DNA from: the human T2T-CHM13v2.0 reference genome, Homo sapiens
Reading direction: 5' to 3' (one strand)
DNA length: 64,000 nucleotides
NCBI RefSeq assembly: GCF_009914755.1
Contig: NC_060926.1
Positions 1-12,654 of this stretch are shown here, in pieces (positions within the stretch are counted from its first letter, which is position 1; each line of letters begins with the position of its first letter). The position numbers and the translations under genes were made by a program. The notes under the pieces are model-generated. The model did no database searches and had not been told where the DNA came from. It saw only the letters and a list, made by a program, of their open reading frames with translations.

Positions 1-2340
1 AACCCTCATCTTATCAGGAGACATCCTTGGAATCGGTCCTCTCACGATGTCAGATCATTTCCTGCTCAGTGCCCTGAAAACTGAGCTAGCGAATAGTATA
101 TGGATTTTCTTTTCTTTTTTCTGTGAAAGAAAAATAATTATCTCTATGGGCTTTTACTTATAAAGTAGTATCAGACCACAAAGTGAAAAGAAAAAAAAAT
201 GAAAAGGTGACTATGTTCTTGGTACAAAAGCAGGCGCTCCTGGCAGTCTTGGCTTGAGCTCTGGGTATTTTGAAGCTCCAGGAATGCCACCAGACTGGCC
301 CACTGGACACAGCTGATTGGAAGTCCCTTATGTGGACCTCGGACTGGCTGGTTTTGAAGTCACTGCCACCATCCGGGGTGACTCCAGATAAAGAAATTCG
401 CCTATGCAGACTCCACATCAGGAAACCAGTGGATATTCTGAGACAGTCAGCCCAGCTGCCAAGAGTAAAACATAGCCCTGCCAGAACTCCAAATCCAATT
501 TACAAAAGAATTTTCTTCTTTCTTCCCCCTTTTTCAAGTTATAGTTTGGGCATCAGTCATTGAGTTGTTGGTTTCAAGAGCAGATACACCTGATGAAATA
601 TAGATTTGTTTTACAGAATTCTCCAAAGCCTGAAGTCATCCAAAGGCCAAATAAGATTGCATGCCAGGAGTGATATCTGAAAGTAGAAAATAGAACCTTT
701 GGTGTTCCAGTCAAAATGAAGGGAAGATGAGAAGGTAGGTTTAACATCAAGCAAATTACACCAGCTTTTCAACTTTGAGGCTCACTTTTCCCCTCCTTTC
801 TTTCTGATAGCTAGATTTGGTCTTAAAAGATTACCATAAGATTGTTAAACTGACAATTCATTATTTTTTCCTGACAGTGCATAAAAATAGTATGGATTGC
901 CTTATGGGTAGAAAGTTGTTCTTAGAAGCTGGATCCCTGGGATAAAGACAGTCTTCTAGAAAGGCTGGAAAAACCAAACCATGTGGCTCGTTTTTGGTGT
1001 TAAATCCTGAAATATCTGAAATGAGGTACTGTTTTTAGGAGAGGCCAGAGGGACTTTGTGAAGATCCTTTACTGGGGAGGCCAAGCTTCCTGCTGTAGTT
1101 GTAATCTCAAAGCATTGCTTTGCTGTAAAAGACGGTCATTTCTGTAATAAGTTCTTCTCTTATATTTAGCGCCTACTTTCAGTCACTTGATCTAGCTAAT
1201 GCCTATCTATTTGCATACTCAGCAGTGTTTTGTTAGGTTCTCTATGGTTAGTGTCTCATTGCATCATATTCCAGGAAAAGTGCTCCTTGAGGAGGTACCT
1301 TCAGTACCCCTGTATCTCCAGGTTCTAGCACAGGGCCTATCCCTTTCAACACAGTAGGATTAACAGAGGCTCTTGCACCTAATAAGCAATTGAATGGATG
1401 CAGGGAGATGATGGCTGTTTTTGTTAACCCCTCCCTTAGTTAGGAAACATACAGACAGAGGGGACCCATTTGGGTTTTAATTCAGTTCCAAGAAACTGCC
1501 CAGCCTGAGAAGATAAGGACCACTGGGGTCCGTTCTGGCTTTGAGCTACCGATGAAGTGTGTGTCATTCCATTTTGGGAACTGTTTCTCGGATGTCCCTG
1601 GCTGCGGGGTGAACCCCTGGACCCATCCTCAGTGGATCCCACCATCTTGGATCTGCACTGCCAGGATCTTGCTAAGCCCAGACTCTCATTCTGGACTTCC
1701 CTGGAATGGACTTCCCAGGGTACAGACTGGTTTTGGAAGCAAGGACTGCCGGCCCCAGGAAGCTGGCTCCTCTGCCTGCCAACTGCAGCCTGCTTCTCTC
1801 TCTGGCACATTCTGGTGCAGAGATGGTGACAGGGTTTGGGAACCAGACATACCTAGATTAAAATTCTTGCTCTGCACAAGTGACTCGGCTTCTCAGACAG
1901 AGACTTGATTCTCTCTGCTAGAACGTGGACCCCATACAAGTATCTGTCTCCAAGGGTGCTCTGCAAATTCATGGAGATGGTCCTATAAACCCCTTCTACA
2001 CTGCTGTGCATGGTGTACTTGTCCCATTAGCTCTGGTTACCCTGGGCTCCTTGCTGGTCTGCCTTTTTCGTTTTTAGCCTTGCTCTATTGTTTGACATTA
2101 TGGTGAAAAGAGGATTGAGAACGTGCGTGAGAAAGCTTTTGACACACAGGTGAATGCCTGGTGCCCCTCACAGGCGCCTACATACCAGAGGGGCTGGGAG
2201 AATGGTTATCAAATGAGCCAACTGATAAGCTCAATTTCACCATTGGCAAATGTGGCAGATTTAACTTTATCCAGACAGCACATTGCATTGTAGTCTTCTT
2301 GGTTATCTTAAAGAATCCTTTCTGTGTCGCTACTCTTCAA

Positions 2341-2620
2341 TTTTTATTTTTTTTATTTCCTTAATTAATTTTTATTTTTAAGTGCCGGGGTACATGTGCA
2401 GGATGTGCAGGTTTGTTACATAGGTAAACGTGTGCCATGGTGGTTTGCTGCACCTCTCACCTCATCACTTAGGTAGTAAGCCCAGCATTCATTAGCTATT
2501 TATCCCGATGTTCTCCCTCCCCTCACTCCCCACCCTGACAGGCCCCAGTGTGTGTTGCTCCCCTCCCCATGTCCCTGTGTTCTCATTGTTCAGCTCCCAC
2601 TTATAGGTGAGAACATGCGG
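2341..2620 (-). mobile_element. L1PA 3' end fragment (5'-truncated LINE-1)
   Basis: T-rich tail followed by the typical antisense L1PA 3'UTR text ggggtacatgtgcaggatgtgcaggtttgttacataggtaaacgtgtgccatggtggtttgctgcacc...cagctcccacttataggtgagaacatgcgg. Degenerate possible TSD tgtc..actctt on both sides. Confidence 0.92.
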
Positions 2621-4449
2621 GTTGTCACTCTTTTAATATAGATTTTTCAGAGGTCTTTGTTCTTACATTCCAAAGGTGAAGTTCTTTTCTATTTTAATAG
2701 TCCTCTGCCATTTGTTTCTAAAACCACACCCTGTGGTTACATGCATACTGTTTGAGGAATTCACGTGTTTCCAAACATTTGTAAAAGTGGGGAAAATAAA
2801 TAGCAAGTTTACAGCCCCACCTGCACTGACAACTTGCATAACCCCCTGTCTGAGCCCGGGCCTGTGTAAGTGATGGTCACGCACCGTTCCCTAAAGTCAC
2901 TTAACTCAGGATTGTTGGAATAGCATGATGTCAAAGAGACGGGGTTCCAGTTTGGTTTATCAGTCCCCGAGGGCTACCTGAAGGAGGTGGAATTCCTCTA
3001 GGACCAGAATCAGAATCTACTCCATATGCTCACCTGAGCGACTTTTTGACCTGACTGTCCCTGGACACCAGTTTGTCCACTGCTTGTCCGGCAACCTCGG
3101 GGATGGCCGAGAAGAGATGGGAACCAAGTTGCTTTGGCAACGCCAGGACAGGGAAGAATGTGGATCTCATTTGTGGGTTCTCCAGCCTCTGCTACACTTT
3201 TCACATAAAAGGAGATGGAGGAAGGCAGTGGAAGCAACAAACGGCAGACCGAGTCCTCCTCCTCTTACGTCTTCGGGTCCTCATGCAGTGCCCAGGACAC
3301 AGGAGGACCCACACACATTTCCTGAATTTAGGAAGGAATGAATGAGTCCTGTGCCCTTTGTGGTAACAAAGATACTTCACTCATTCAGACCCAGCTGATT
3401 GTTTCATGCATGTTCATGAAACTCCCATAAATTTGGCCAAGACTTACCATGTCTATCCTTAGGGCAGACTGGGTTTTTGAAAGCAACTATCTGTGGGTTC
3501 CTTTAATGAAAACGAAAAAACATAAATCGTGCCAAGACACACAAGTGACAGCTCCGGGGAAGCGAGGCTCCTCTCTAATTACCTGCAGGAGCAGGTGGTG
3601 GTGGTGAGTGCTGAGTGTGGATAGATATGTAAACAGTATCAGTCATCACAACAAAACCTGTGTCATCACGGCGCACCCTCCCACGTCCCAGGAGTGAAGC
3701 GTCATGAGGACATTGCTTCCAATGGGCGATGGGAAAGCTTCCAATCCAGCCTCTGCCTGGTTCTCCCAACTCTCACCTCCACCTCCAGTACCTGGCATGT
3801 AACTTTCAGGAGAAGAGATAAACATGAAATATTATTTTGAATGGTATTTTCCCACTAAGAACAAAACTCACAAACCAAAGCTACTTTTGTTTGTCTAGCT
3901 TCACAGCTCATGAAGGACTTTAGCTATGCTACTAAATACTCTGTATGGAATGACTCCATTAATCATGAAACCCCGCTCTTCATGCTGATGTTGTAATTGA
4001 TTTTTACCCGCAGGGGCCAAAGCGGGCTTTGGATGTTGCTTTAGTAAGAGAAACCTCACATGATGTTTGGCTAGAGAGAATTGCTGTTTTGGTCACCTGT
4101 GTATGGGTTGACCAGCTTTTTGCCCTCTGAAAGCATCATCTGGGAATACTCACTCTACTGAGATAAGATAACACTCAGACTTCAAGAGATAAGGCTAACT
4201 TCGTAGATTTTGAAACAAAGTTGTTTTTCAAAATCCCCAAGTGACATCATAACCACTCCTTTAAAATAAAAGCTCTTACTTCCGAAATGGCAATATTTAA
4301 TAAAGTTTCTCTGAATGACTTTGTCAATTAGGTTTGAGTAAATGGAAAAAAATAGAGCACTAAGGGATTATACATGAAAAATTTATAGATCGGTAGTTGG
4401 ATGGGTTTCCCCTATGACATAGCTGCTGAGCTGGAATGGTGAGGACATA

Positions 4450-4648
4450 GAACCATGAGAGCAGGGAACCACCAGGGCATGGAACCATGAGGGCAGGGAA
4501 CCACCAGGGCGTGGAACCATGAGGGCAGGGAACCACCAGGGCGTGGGAACCATGAGGGCAGGGAACCACCAGGGCGTGGAACCATGAGGGCAGGGAACCA
4601 CCAGGGCGTGGAACCATGAGAACAGGGAACCACGAGGGCGTGGAACCA
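4450..4648. repeat. Minisatellite, 32-bp unit, ~6.2 copies
   Basis: Unit gaaccatgagggcagggaaccaccagggcgtg starts at 4450, 4482, 4514, 4547, 4579, 4611 and (partial) 4643. Copies are near-identical. Confidence 0.97.
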
Positions 4649-6041
4649 GTAGGGCCCAGACTCCGTGGCTCCTGTGGCTGGCAGCCCCAAGCTGACACTG
4701 GCTGAGCCCACAGCCAGCCTAAACAAGGAGTTAACACATATTTTTTGGTTAATCCAAGAAGAATATTGTACAAGGTAGGTTTTTATGAATCCTGTTAATT
4801 TTATTGAGAAACACATGGCAGGCCACCTGGTCTCCTGGCAGCTGGAGATTTACAACAACTGGCGGTTGGCATTGGAAGGCAGAGCAGTCTCTTGCATGGT
4901 GTAAACCACAGTTCAGACCCCATGGCTGGGTTTCTAGTACTTTCTTAAAAGGGATGGTCTACCACTTGATCTAATTTGTGTGGGCCTTTCCATTGCTGGC
5001 ACAAATGCAGGTATGCCAACATTTGTTTTTCCTCTATACTTAGAATTCTTTTGTGTGGCTGTTTACAAGACAATTCCTTTTGCCTTTATTCTTGCATCTG
5101 CATGTATACTGATGGTGGAAATTTTATGGAACTTTGAAGAGTTTAAAATGTTTTTGTTTTGTTCTTGGCCTAAGGTGTTCAAGAGATGACATTGCATAGT
5201 GTCACAGAGAGGACTGAATTGAGAGTTGGGGGGTCTGGGCTGAGCACCTCTGCCTGGACCCCAGGGGAAGCACATCCCAGCTTGCTTTTCTATCACATGT
5301 GTGGGGAACACAGCTCCCCATCCATGGATCTCCAGAATTCATAAGAAGAAGCCTCATGGGCATGGAGGCAAACTACCAAGTTTCCAAAAATTCATTTGTC
5401 ATCAATAAAATGAGCGAAGAATTTAGTGGATGATGCAAGTGTGACTGACTATTTTTCTACAGACATGCAATTCCTTTAGGGACTCCTTTATGGACTATCC
5501 GTACCTTAGTAAGCCCCAGGAGAGAGCAAATGGCTTGTTACTGAGTTTAATTAGTCAACAGGCATCTTATCCCCCCTAAGGGATTTCTTTAAAACGTCGG
5601 AAGACGGATCCAGTGATACTTTAAAATGCCATGAAAATATCACGCCTGCAACATCTCTAGGACAGATCTCTTCAGCACATCTGGAAAGGTGTTAAAAATT
5701 TCAGAAAGCTGCTCCCTCTTCATAGGAGCACAAGGTACTTGGAGGGCGCTGTGACCTCTGTCAATGGAGAAAAGAGCTGGCAGGTTAGAAAATAGCCACA
5801 CACTGCAGAGCTCACACTTCAGCATCACTTGCACCCCTAAAAATGCCCACGACATTAGTTACCCAGCAACTCCGAGGCAAGCGGCCAATTACCCCCTTGC
5901 ATCATTAAGTTTCTAATGACTTCAGACTGTTCCTTTGCCTGGATAAGCCTTACGTTTTCCTGCCTCCAGCCTTGCTGGTCCCAGCTACCTGAGGTGCTCC
6001 CTGGCGCACACTGACCTCACTTTCCCTAGCCATCTGTATTG

Positions 6042-6221
6042 TATGCCGTGTCCAATATGGTAGCCAAGCGCCTCCTGTGGTTATTTAAATTTAAATTCTT
6101 TTTAAAAATTCAGTTTCCCAGTTGCACGAGCCAGGATTAAAGTGTGGCCAGGGCCGTCCCGTTGGGCAGCACAGATGATGGCGCATTTCCTTCCTTGCAG
6201 AAGGTCTAGTGGACGGTGCTG
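6042..6221 (-). mobile_element. MER3-like hAT-Charlie DNA transposon fossil
   Basis: tgtccaatatggtagcca...tgtggttatttaaatttaaatt...aaaattcagtt...catttccttccttgcagaaggtctagtggacggtgctg matches the reverse complement of the MER3 consensus as I recall it. Confidence 0.8.
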
Positions 6222-6671
6222 TGAAGCCCCAGCCCTGGGTTTACACAAGCAGCTCCTCACTCCCACTGATTCCAGGCTGGAGAAAAATCACATGACGTGT
6301 AGACTGGTGCCAATCAAGCGGGTGGATTTTCATCTGGGCAGAGCCCTTAGGCACTTGGCGACTGCACCCTTCTTCAGAAACCTCCTCCCTTCCCTGCCAG
6401 ATGTCCCCAGCTCTCCCCTGGCTCCTCAAGCTCCCCCTCCAGCCCCCACCCGCTAGCTCAAACCCTACCTCTGAATGCAGATGACCTTGGAGAAAGCAGG
6501 GAGGAAGGACGGGCTCGCCCTAGGCTTTCTTCCAGCACCCCCACCACAAAACTCATCTCCCCTTCTCTTCCCAGGAAGCCTTCCCCTCCTGCCACTCCCA
6601 CCCAGTCAGGCACCTTGTCCTCCCCTGTTCTGTCTAAACATGCTGGTCAGCCTGTGTACCCCACCCCTCTC

Positions 6672-7117
6672 CTTAATTTCCCGTTGTAACAAAGTGCCCC
6701 AAGCTGGTACTTTCAAACAATAGAAATTGATTGTCTCAAAGTTCTAGAAGCTGGAAGTCCAAGGTCAAGGAGCCAGCAGAGCTGTGCTCGTGCTGGAGGC
6801 ACTGGGAGCATCTGTTGCAGGCCTTTCTCTGGGTGCCTGGTGTCACTGGTCATCCTTGGCACTTCTTTGCTGGCCAAGGATGCATCACTGTGACCCTCGT
6901 CTTTACAGGGCTTCACGCTGTGTCTGTCCACGCGCGGATGTCGTCTTGTAAGGACACCAGCCACACCGATGAGAGGCCATCTTCCTCCACTTTGACCTCA
7001 TCTTAACTAATTACATCTGCAACTGTCCTATTTCCAAATAAGGTCACGTTCTAGGGTAGCGGAGAGTAGGACTTCAACACAGCTTTTTTTGAGGGAAGAC
7101 GCAATTCAACCCACAGC
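6672..7117 (-). mobile_element. MaLR solo LTR (MLT1C/B-like)
   Basis: Hallmarks gttctagaagctggaagtccaaggtcaagg, taaggacaccag, ctcatcttaactaattacatctgcaa, tttccaaataaggtcac and terminal caattcaacccacagc. Confidence 0.88.
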
Positions 7118-8030
7118 TCCCCCAAATGCGTTATTCACTCTGTTCTGTGCCCTGTGGCATGACCCTGTGGCCTGCCCTCTTTGCTGTGCTCTGGTGCTTT
7201 AGCCTCGGTTAGAATTCCTGCAGGAGTTTCCCAGGAGACCAGAAGGTGAGATGAGACAGCATCGGGCCATTTCTCTCCAGCCCTCCCTGCACAGTGTTGT
7301 GGTTCCAGCAGGCAGCACCAGCGCCCCGCACAGCTTCCATGAGGCACCTCCCCTTCCACTGCTCCAATTCTCACCACACGTGGGTGTCTCCGTTTCCCCC
7401 TCATCCCCCAGGCCTGGATGTTTAATGACATTGTCCTTAGGTATCTCAGGGCCCCTTCTGCTTCCCTAGGGCTGCCCACCATTCTCTCCATCACCCCCTC
7501 ATTGAATTCTCTCCACGATCTCAGCTGAGTATGCCTTTTGTTTTATGCTGGGATCTTGTTGGTGACAACGCATTCCAGCCACAGACGAGCTACTTCCCCT
7601 CTTCTGTAGCAGCGGGCTGAGGCTTCTCGTATAACACACACGCTCTTTACCAAACGCAAAGCGAAACAACATCTAAAAATCTTCCCTGGATCCTTTGTCC
7701 CTTGACCCCACCAGCACTGCTGCCTCCCCCGTTCCTGTCCTTCGTCCACGCCTCCTGCGGCACCATGTGCTCTTGCTGTGTCCACAGGCTGAACTGCTGT
7801 TCGCTCCTTCCAGCCACACAACCTGGCTTTGTCCCTGTTCCTCTGTGGAAACAGCCCTTGCTTTTTGCTCATGAGTGGCCACATCACGTACTCTTCACCA
7901 TAAGTGTCTATTCCTGGTGCTCCATGGACGTGGCTACCTCTCTCCTGGGTCTCCAGCAGCGGATCCTTCTCTGTAGCCTTTGATTTCCCTTTTGTCCTCG
8001 CCCACAACTTCCTTGGTTGTCCTCCGGCGA

Positions 8031-8324
8031 TGCATTCCTCTGCTAGGGCGGCTGTAGCCGAGTATCATGGCCGGGGCGGCTCACATAGCGGAAATGGATT
8101 TTTCTCACAGTTCTGGAGGGTGGATGTGCAAGATCAAGGAGTCGGCAGATTCAATTCCTTCTGAGCTCTTTTTCCGTGGCTTGCAGATGGCCTTCTCTCT
8201 TCTGTGTCCTCACAAGGTCTGTGTGCAGACATCCCTGGTGTCTCTCTGTGTGTCCAAATCCCCTCTTTGTATAAAGACACCAGTCAGATTGGATTAGGGA
8301 CCCCCCCAACAGCCTCGTCAAACT
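8031..8324 (-). mobile_element. MaLR LTR fragment (MLT1B-like), lacking its LTR 5' part
   Basis: tctcacagttctggagg...aagatcaagg...ggcttgcagatggcc...tgtgtcctcaca...aaagacaccagtcagattggattaggg. Confidence 0.82.
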
Positions 8325-8355
8325 ATAAGATGAAACTTATAGAATGTCAGGGTTC

Positions 8356-8643
8356 TGTATCAGCCAGCCCAGGCTGCCAGAGCAAAGCACCACAGACCGA
8401 TGGCTTAAAACAAAGAAATTTATTTCTCCCAGTTCTGGATGCTGGGAGTCCCAGCTCGAGGTTTGGTTCCTCCTGAGGCCTCTCTCCTTGTCTTGTAGTT
8501 GGAGGCCCCACTCTTGTTTCTTCATTTACCCTTATTACCTTTTCAAAGGTCCTATCTCCAAACTCAGCGACATTCTGAGATACTAGGGGTTGAGGCTTCA
8601 GCATATGAATTTTGGGGGTGGGGGCACAATTCCGCCCATAACG
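8356..8643 (-). mobile_element. MaLR solo LTR (MLT1A/B-like), internally deleted
   Basis: Starts tgtatcag...ggcttaaaacaaagaaatttatttctcccagttctgg and ends gcttcagcatatgaattttggggg...cacaattccgcccataac. Both termini are present but the middle is shortened. Confidence 0.82.
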
Positions 8644-8839
8644 TGTCCTTAACATGTGTTGGGCCTCCATGGGCCAGGCAGCTCCCTGCTTGGCGCGTCC
8701 AGTCCAGATCTCTTGTCTGAGACCTGTTCCCTGTTCCCATCTGCTCTCTGGACGGCTTCATGGCAACGCTCAGGAGCTCAGGCAAACTGGCCTGCTCACA
8801 CCAACCACCTTTTCTCCAGCTGCCCCCACGTGTTCTCCT

Positions 8840-9400
8840 GTCTTCCCACCGTGTGAACGGACTCCATCATTCTCTGTTACCCAAGCCAGAAACCTGGGGG
8901 CCTGGGAGTCCTCCTCCCTCTCTGTCCTGCTAGCCCAGCCCATCCCCAGGGGCTCACAGATGGTTTTTTGTCCATGTCTCACGCCCACCTTGGTTTAGGG
9001 CTCACTGTGTTCACCTTCCTGCTGGCCCTGTGCCCTCCAGATTCACCCTCCTCCACAATGCCACCAGAGTGGCTTTTCCCAAAGGCAGATTTGAACATCT
9101 CACATCTAGATTTCAATTCCTCAAGGATGTCTCTTCACTTTCAGGAACAAGCTCAAACTTCGTTGTAGTCTTTTCTGCAACTACCTTTGCTGAGAAGACG
9201 TGCTCTCCTCCCTCTCTGCCACATGCCTGCTCACAGTACAGTTACTGGTTGGCTTGCTCCTTTTCGGTGAGACCCCATTCCCCCTAAGGGCTTCCACTGT
9301 GCTCTTGAACATGTGCTCTCTGGGATCTCCCACAGGTTTAACCAGTGTCTGATGTAGTCGGTTCTCAGGAGAAGTTTGATAAATGCATGAACCTGCTTTG
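8840..9400 (+). mobile_element. L2 fragment(s)
   Basis: ccaagccagaaacctggg...ctccacaatgccaccagagtggcttttcccaaaggcagatttgaacatctcac and a 3' tail resembling L2 (gtttgataaatgcatgaa). Highly diverged. Confidence 0.55.
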
Positions 9401-10045
9401 CCCTGACAAGTAGGACCTTCCAGCCTCACCCCAGATCCACTGGTCCTCAGCCTGATCATGGACATTGGATGGCGTCCCCATCTGCCTCCTGCCAGTGGAG
9501 CGGAGACACTCCTCTTGGACCCTGCTTCCTGCGCTGGCTGGAGAAGGAGGACCAACAGCCCTGGCACCAAGGGCACCTTTTCTGAGACTGGCTTTCCTGA
9601 CACAAGGGGCACCGCTCTGCTTTTGTGTCTGCACCCTTCGGAGATGGCCTCTGACCATCCCTGGGCTTCTGGGGTGGTGCCTGGCCAGGCTTAGCACAGT
9701 GTCCCGTGTAAAGCCCAGACCCGCAGCAGTCCCCTTCCTGGCAAGAGTGAGGTCTGCTCTTTTGACCTTGACTGCACCTCCCTAAACATATCCTAGAGTC
9801 CCTCTCAGGGAGCACTTGGGGCTCCGTCTTCACTTATTCATGTCTTTTTAGGCGCCGCAGCACGCACCCCACAACACGGTCAGCACAACCTTGTCCCTTG
9901 GCCCTGTGGGACTCGTGGCCTGGACCCATTGTCTGCTCACTTTCTTGGAATGTGGCCTCAGGCCCTGGCTTCCTGGGCCCTTTTCTAAAGAGGACCCTTC
10001 CTTCGTCCCTCTAAGATCCTCCCCTCACACTCCATGGCTTTGGGC

Positions 10046-10447
10046 TGTCTTATCAGCTGGGGCTGCCATAACAAAGAACCACAGACCAAGGGTTAAACAA
10101 CAGGCATTCATTTTCTCACGGTTCTGGAGGCTGGAAGTGCATGACCAAGGTGCTAGCAAATGTGGTTTCTGGTGAGTATTCTCTTCTGGGTGTGTAGACA
10201 GCTGCCTTCTCTCTGTGTCCTCACATAGCCTTTCTGCTCTGTGTGTGTGTGTGTGTGTGTGTGTGGAGCAGGGTGGACTTGTGGTTCCTTCCTCTTCCTC
10301 TAGGGACACCAGTTCCAAGGACCCCACCTTTAGGACCTCATTTGACCTTAATTACTTCCCTAATTACTCCATCTCTAAGACACCTTCACACTGGGGTTTA
10401 GGGCTTTAACACGTGAATCTTGGGAGGACACAATTCAGTCCATAGCA
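10046..10447 (-). mobile_element. MaLR solo LTR (MLT1A-like) containing a (TG)n microsatellite
   Basis: ggggctgccataacaaagaaccacagac...ctcacggttctggaggctggaag...ggacctcatttgaccttaattacttccc...ggaggacacaattcagtccatagca, with TG...CA ends. Confidence 0.9.
10240..10265. repeat. (TG)13 microsatellite
   Basis: Perfect TG run read directly. Confidence 0.95.
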
Positions 10448-12342
10448 GGGATGGGGTGCTCAGGGATTGTGGAGGGGGCCTCCCAGGGGGGTGTGCTGGG
10501 CGGGGACTCAGCTCTGCCACTTCTTGGCTGTGTGACCTCAGCCAAGCCCATGGACCTGCCTGACCTGCTGAACGGCGTGCTCCAGCCTCCTGGGGCTGGG
10601 GTAGTGAGAGATACAGACAGGCTTTACAGCGAGCAGCAAAGTGCCTTTCCCACGTGAAGAATGGGAGCATAGGCCACTTCATTTGTGAAAGTGAACCTTG
10701 ATGACAACACGGTGGAAATGAGGTGAAATCACCAGAAAAACAGATTTGTTGCTGCAATAACATTTCTTTCAAGAAAACTTTGTCCCTAGAGGTAGAGCCT
10801 GGTTGTTGACATTCAAATACCTTCACATTTCTGAACATGGTTCTTTTTCTCCTATGTGACTAGAAGCTTAATAACATTACTGTCTAATGAATACCAGATG
10901 CGAGACCTGGAATGCCAGGGCTGCGGGCTGGTCCTAGACGCTCCTTGGTGTGTTTGTCTCACATGGTACCTGACCTGACATTTCTGCAAGCTAAACAGGA
11001 GATAAAAACCTCAGGCTTTAACTATTTCTTTCAAAGCTCATAGGCTTCATGAATAGGTGTCACCGCTGTTGCTAGTCCTTACAATCATTTACCAAGTCTT
11101 CTAGCAGAAATTGTAGGCCTCCGAGAAGCTAACCCACATGGAGGGGCTACGCCATATCTGTAGGCTGGTTTGTTTTACATTTTCCTTTCTAGAATAATCT
11201 CAAAAGATGCAAAAACCTCCCTTTCTTATCAAGTCCTGTTAGAAGAATGTCAGGTCTGCAATGCATGATTCTGTCATGTTGTAATAGTTTTATGTATAGT
11301 GTGTGATATAACATCCAATCATCCAGAATGGTGTGAGACCATTGAACAGGTAGGACCTTCCAGCTCATCTGGAAGACCCAGTCAAAAGATTGTGAAGTAT
11401 GGCTAAGGTCAAGCATAAAATGATCTGGCTAATAGAAATTACAGAAATGAATGGAATTTCAAAACTGTGGTGGCTGCCTGAAATTTTACAGAGGATTCCA
11501 GGCTGGATCCTGGGCTGGGCTCAATTTTAAGGGAGCAGATCCCGTGGAGGGGAGCCTCAGTTTCCTTGTCCGTCAATAGGGTAGACTGTATCAGCTCAAT
11601 GGAGCTACAAGATTTTTGAGATACGTAATCTTTTCTTTGGGTGCAATTAGACGCAGACAAAAGTTGAAGAACCCTGAGGCACTGCTCTAGCCACGGTGTA
11701 AAAGCATTGAGCCAGCTCATATGGAAGACCCAGTCAAGTCACCAGTATCTGCATTTGTGCTTGTTAACGTTCGTGGCTCAGGAGGCCTACCTTCTGATTA
11801 AGTGTTCTCATGTAAAATCATCCAAATACTCCCTATTAATTTTATTTTGATATATGGATGAATAATAAAAGATTATATCTCCATGTCATTTAGTTGAATT
11901 TGTTGATTCATTGAAATAATAATGCAGGCAATGGTTAATGAGTCAATAACGCTGTGACAAGTGGCATCTCCAAGGATGTTGGCAATCTGCCTTCTGCTCC
12001 CCATGCTCTTCCTCAACATGGCTTTGTCACCCCTCCAATAAGTAGAGTCCTTGTCCCTTCAGCCACCGTCGGTGGGAGTCCTTGTCAGTTCTTTTTCATA
12101 TCTTTTCAGGCACTGCAGCATGCACCCATGGTGACACCAATATGTTCCAACCCAGCTACAGAATTTCCCTTCTTCTTCTGTAAGATAATTCAACAGGAAC
12201 TTGTAAGGATGGAAGGGGGATGGAGTCCATAGGCCCAAACCATCTCCTTAAAATGCAAGACTCAGCTGAGTTACAGCTGATCCCCACCACTCAAATTACC
12301 TATTTACTTTCTCACTTTTGCTTGGTCCTTTTGTTTTTGTTT

Positions 12343-12654
12343 GTTTGTTTGTTTGGTTTTTTTTTTTTTTTTTGAGATGGAGTCTCACTCTGTCACCCAG
12401 GCTGGAGTGCAGTGGCTCAAACTCGGCTCAGTACAAGCTCCGCCTCCCAAGTTCATGCCATTGTCCTGCCTCAGCCTCCCAAGTAGCTGGGACTACAGGT
12501 GCCCGCCACCACGCCCAGCTAATTTTTTGTATTTTTAGTAGAGACGGTGTTTCACCACATTAGCCAGGATGGTCTTGATCTCCTGACCTCGTGATCCGCC
12601 TCCCTCAGCCTCCCAAAGTGCTGGGATTACAGGCGTGAGCCACCACGCCTGGCC
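12343..12654 (-). mobile_element. Alu, AluY-like, full length
   Basis: Dimeric Alu with Y-type diagnostics (aagctccgcctcc, gccatt, ttagccaggatggtc). Tail is (GTTT)n/polyT. TSD tgtttttgttt at 12332-12342 and 12655-12665. Confidence 0.95.

Noticed and set aside
4469-4610. CTCF-like CCACCAGGG in the VNTR units
   Set aside because: The critical 3' GGC of the core is replaced by CGT, so the match is too weak.
4360-4816. ORFs with repeated PWWFPALMVP motifs
   Set aside because: Translation of the 32-bp minisatellite.
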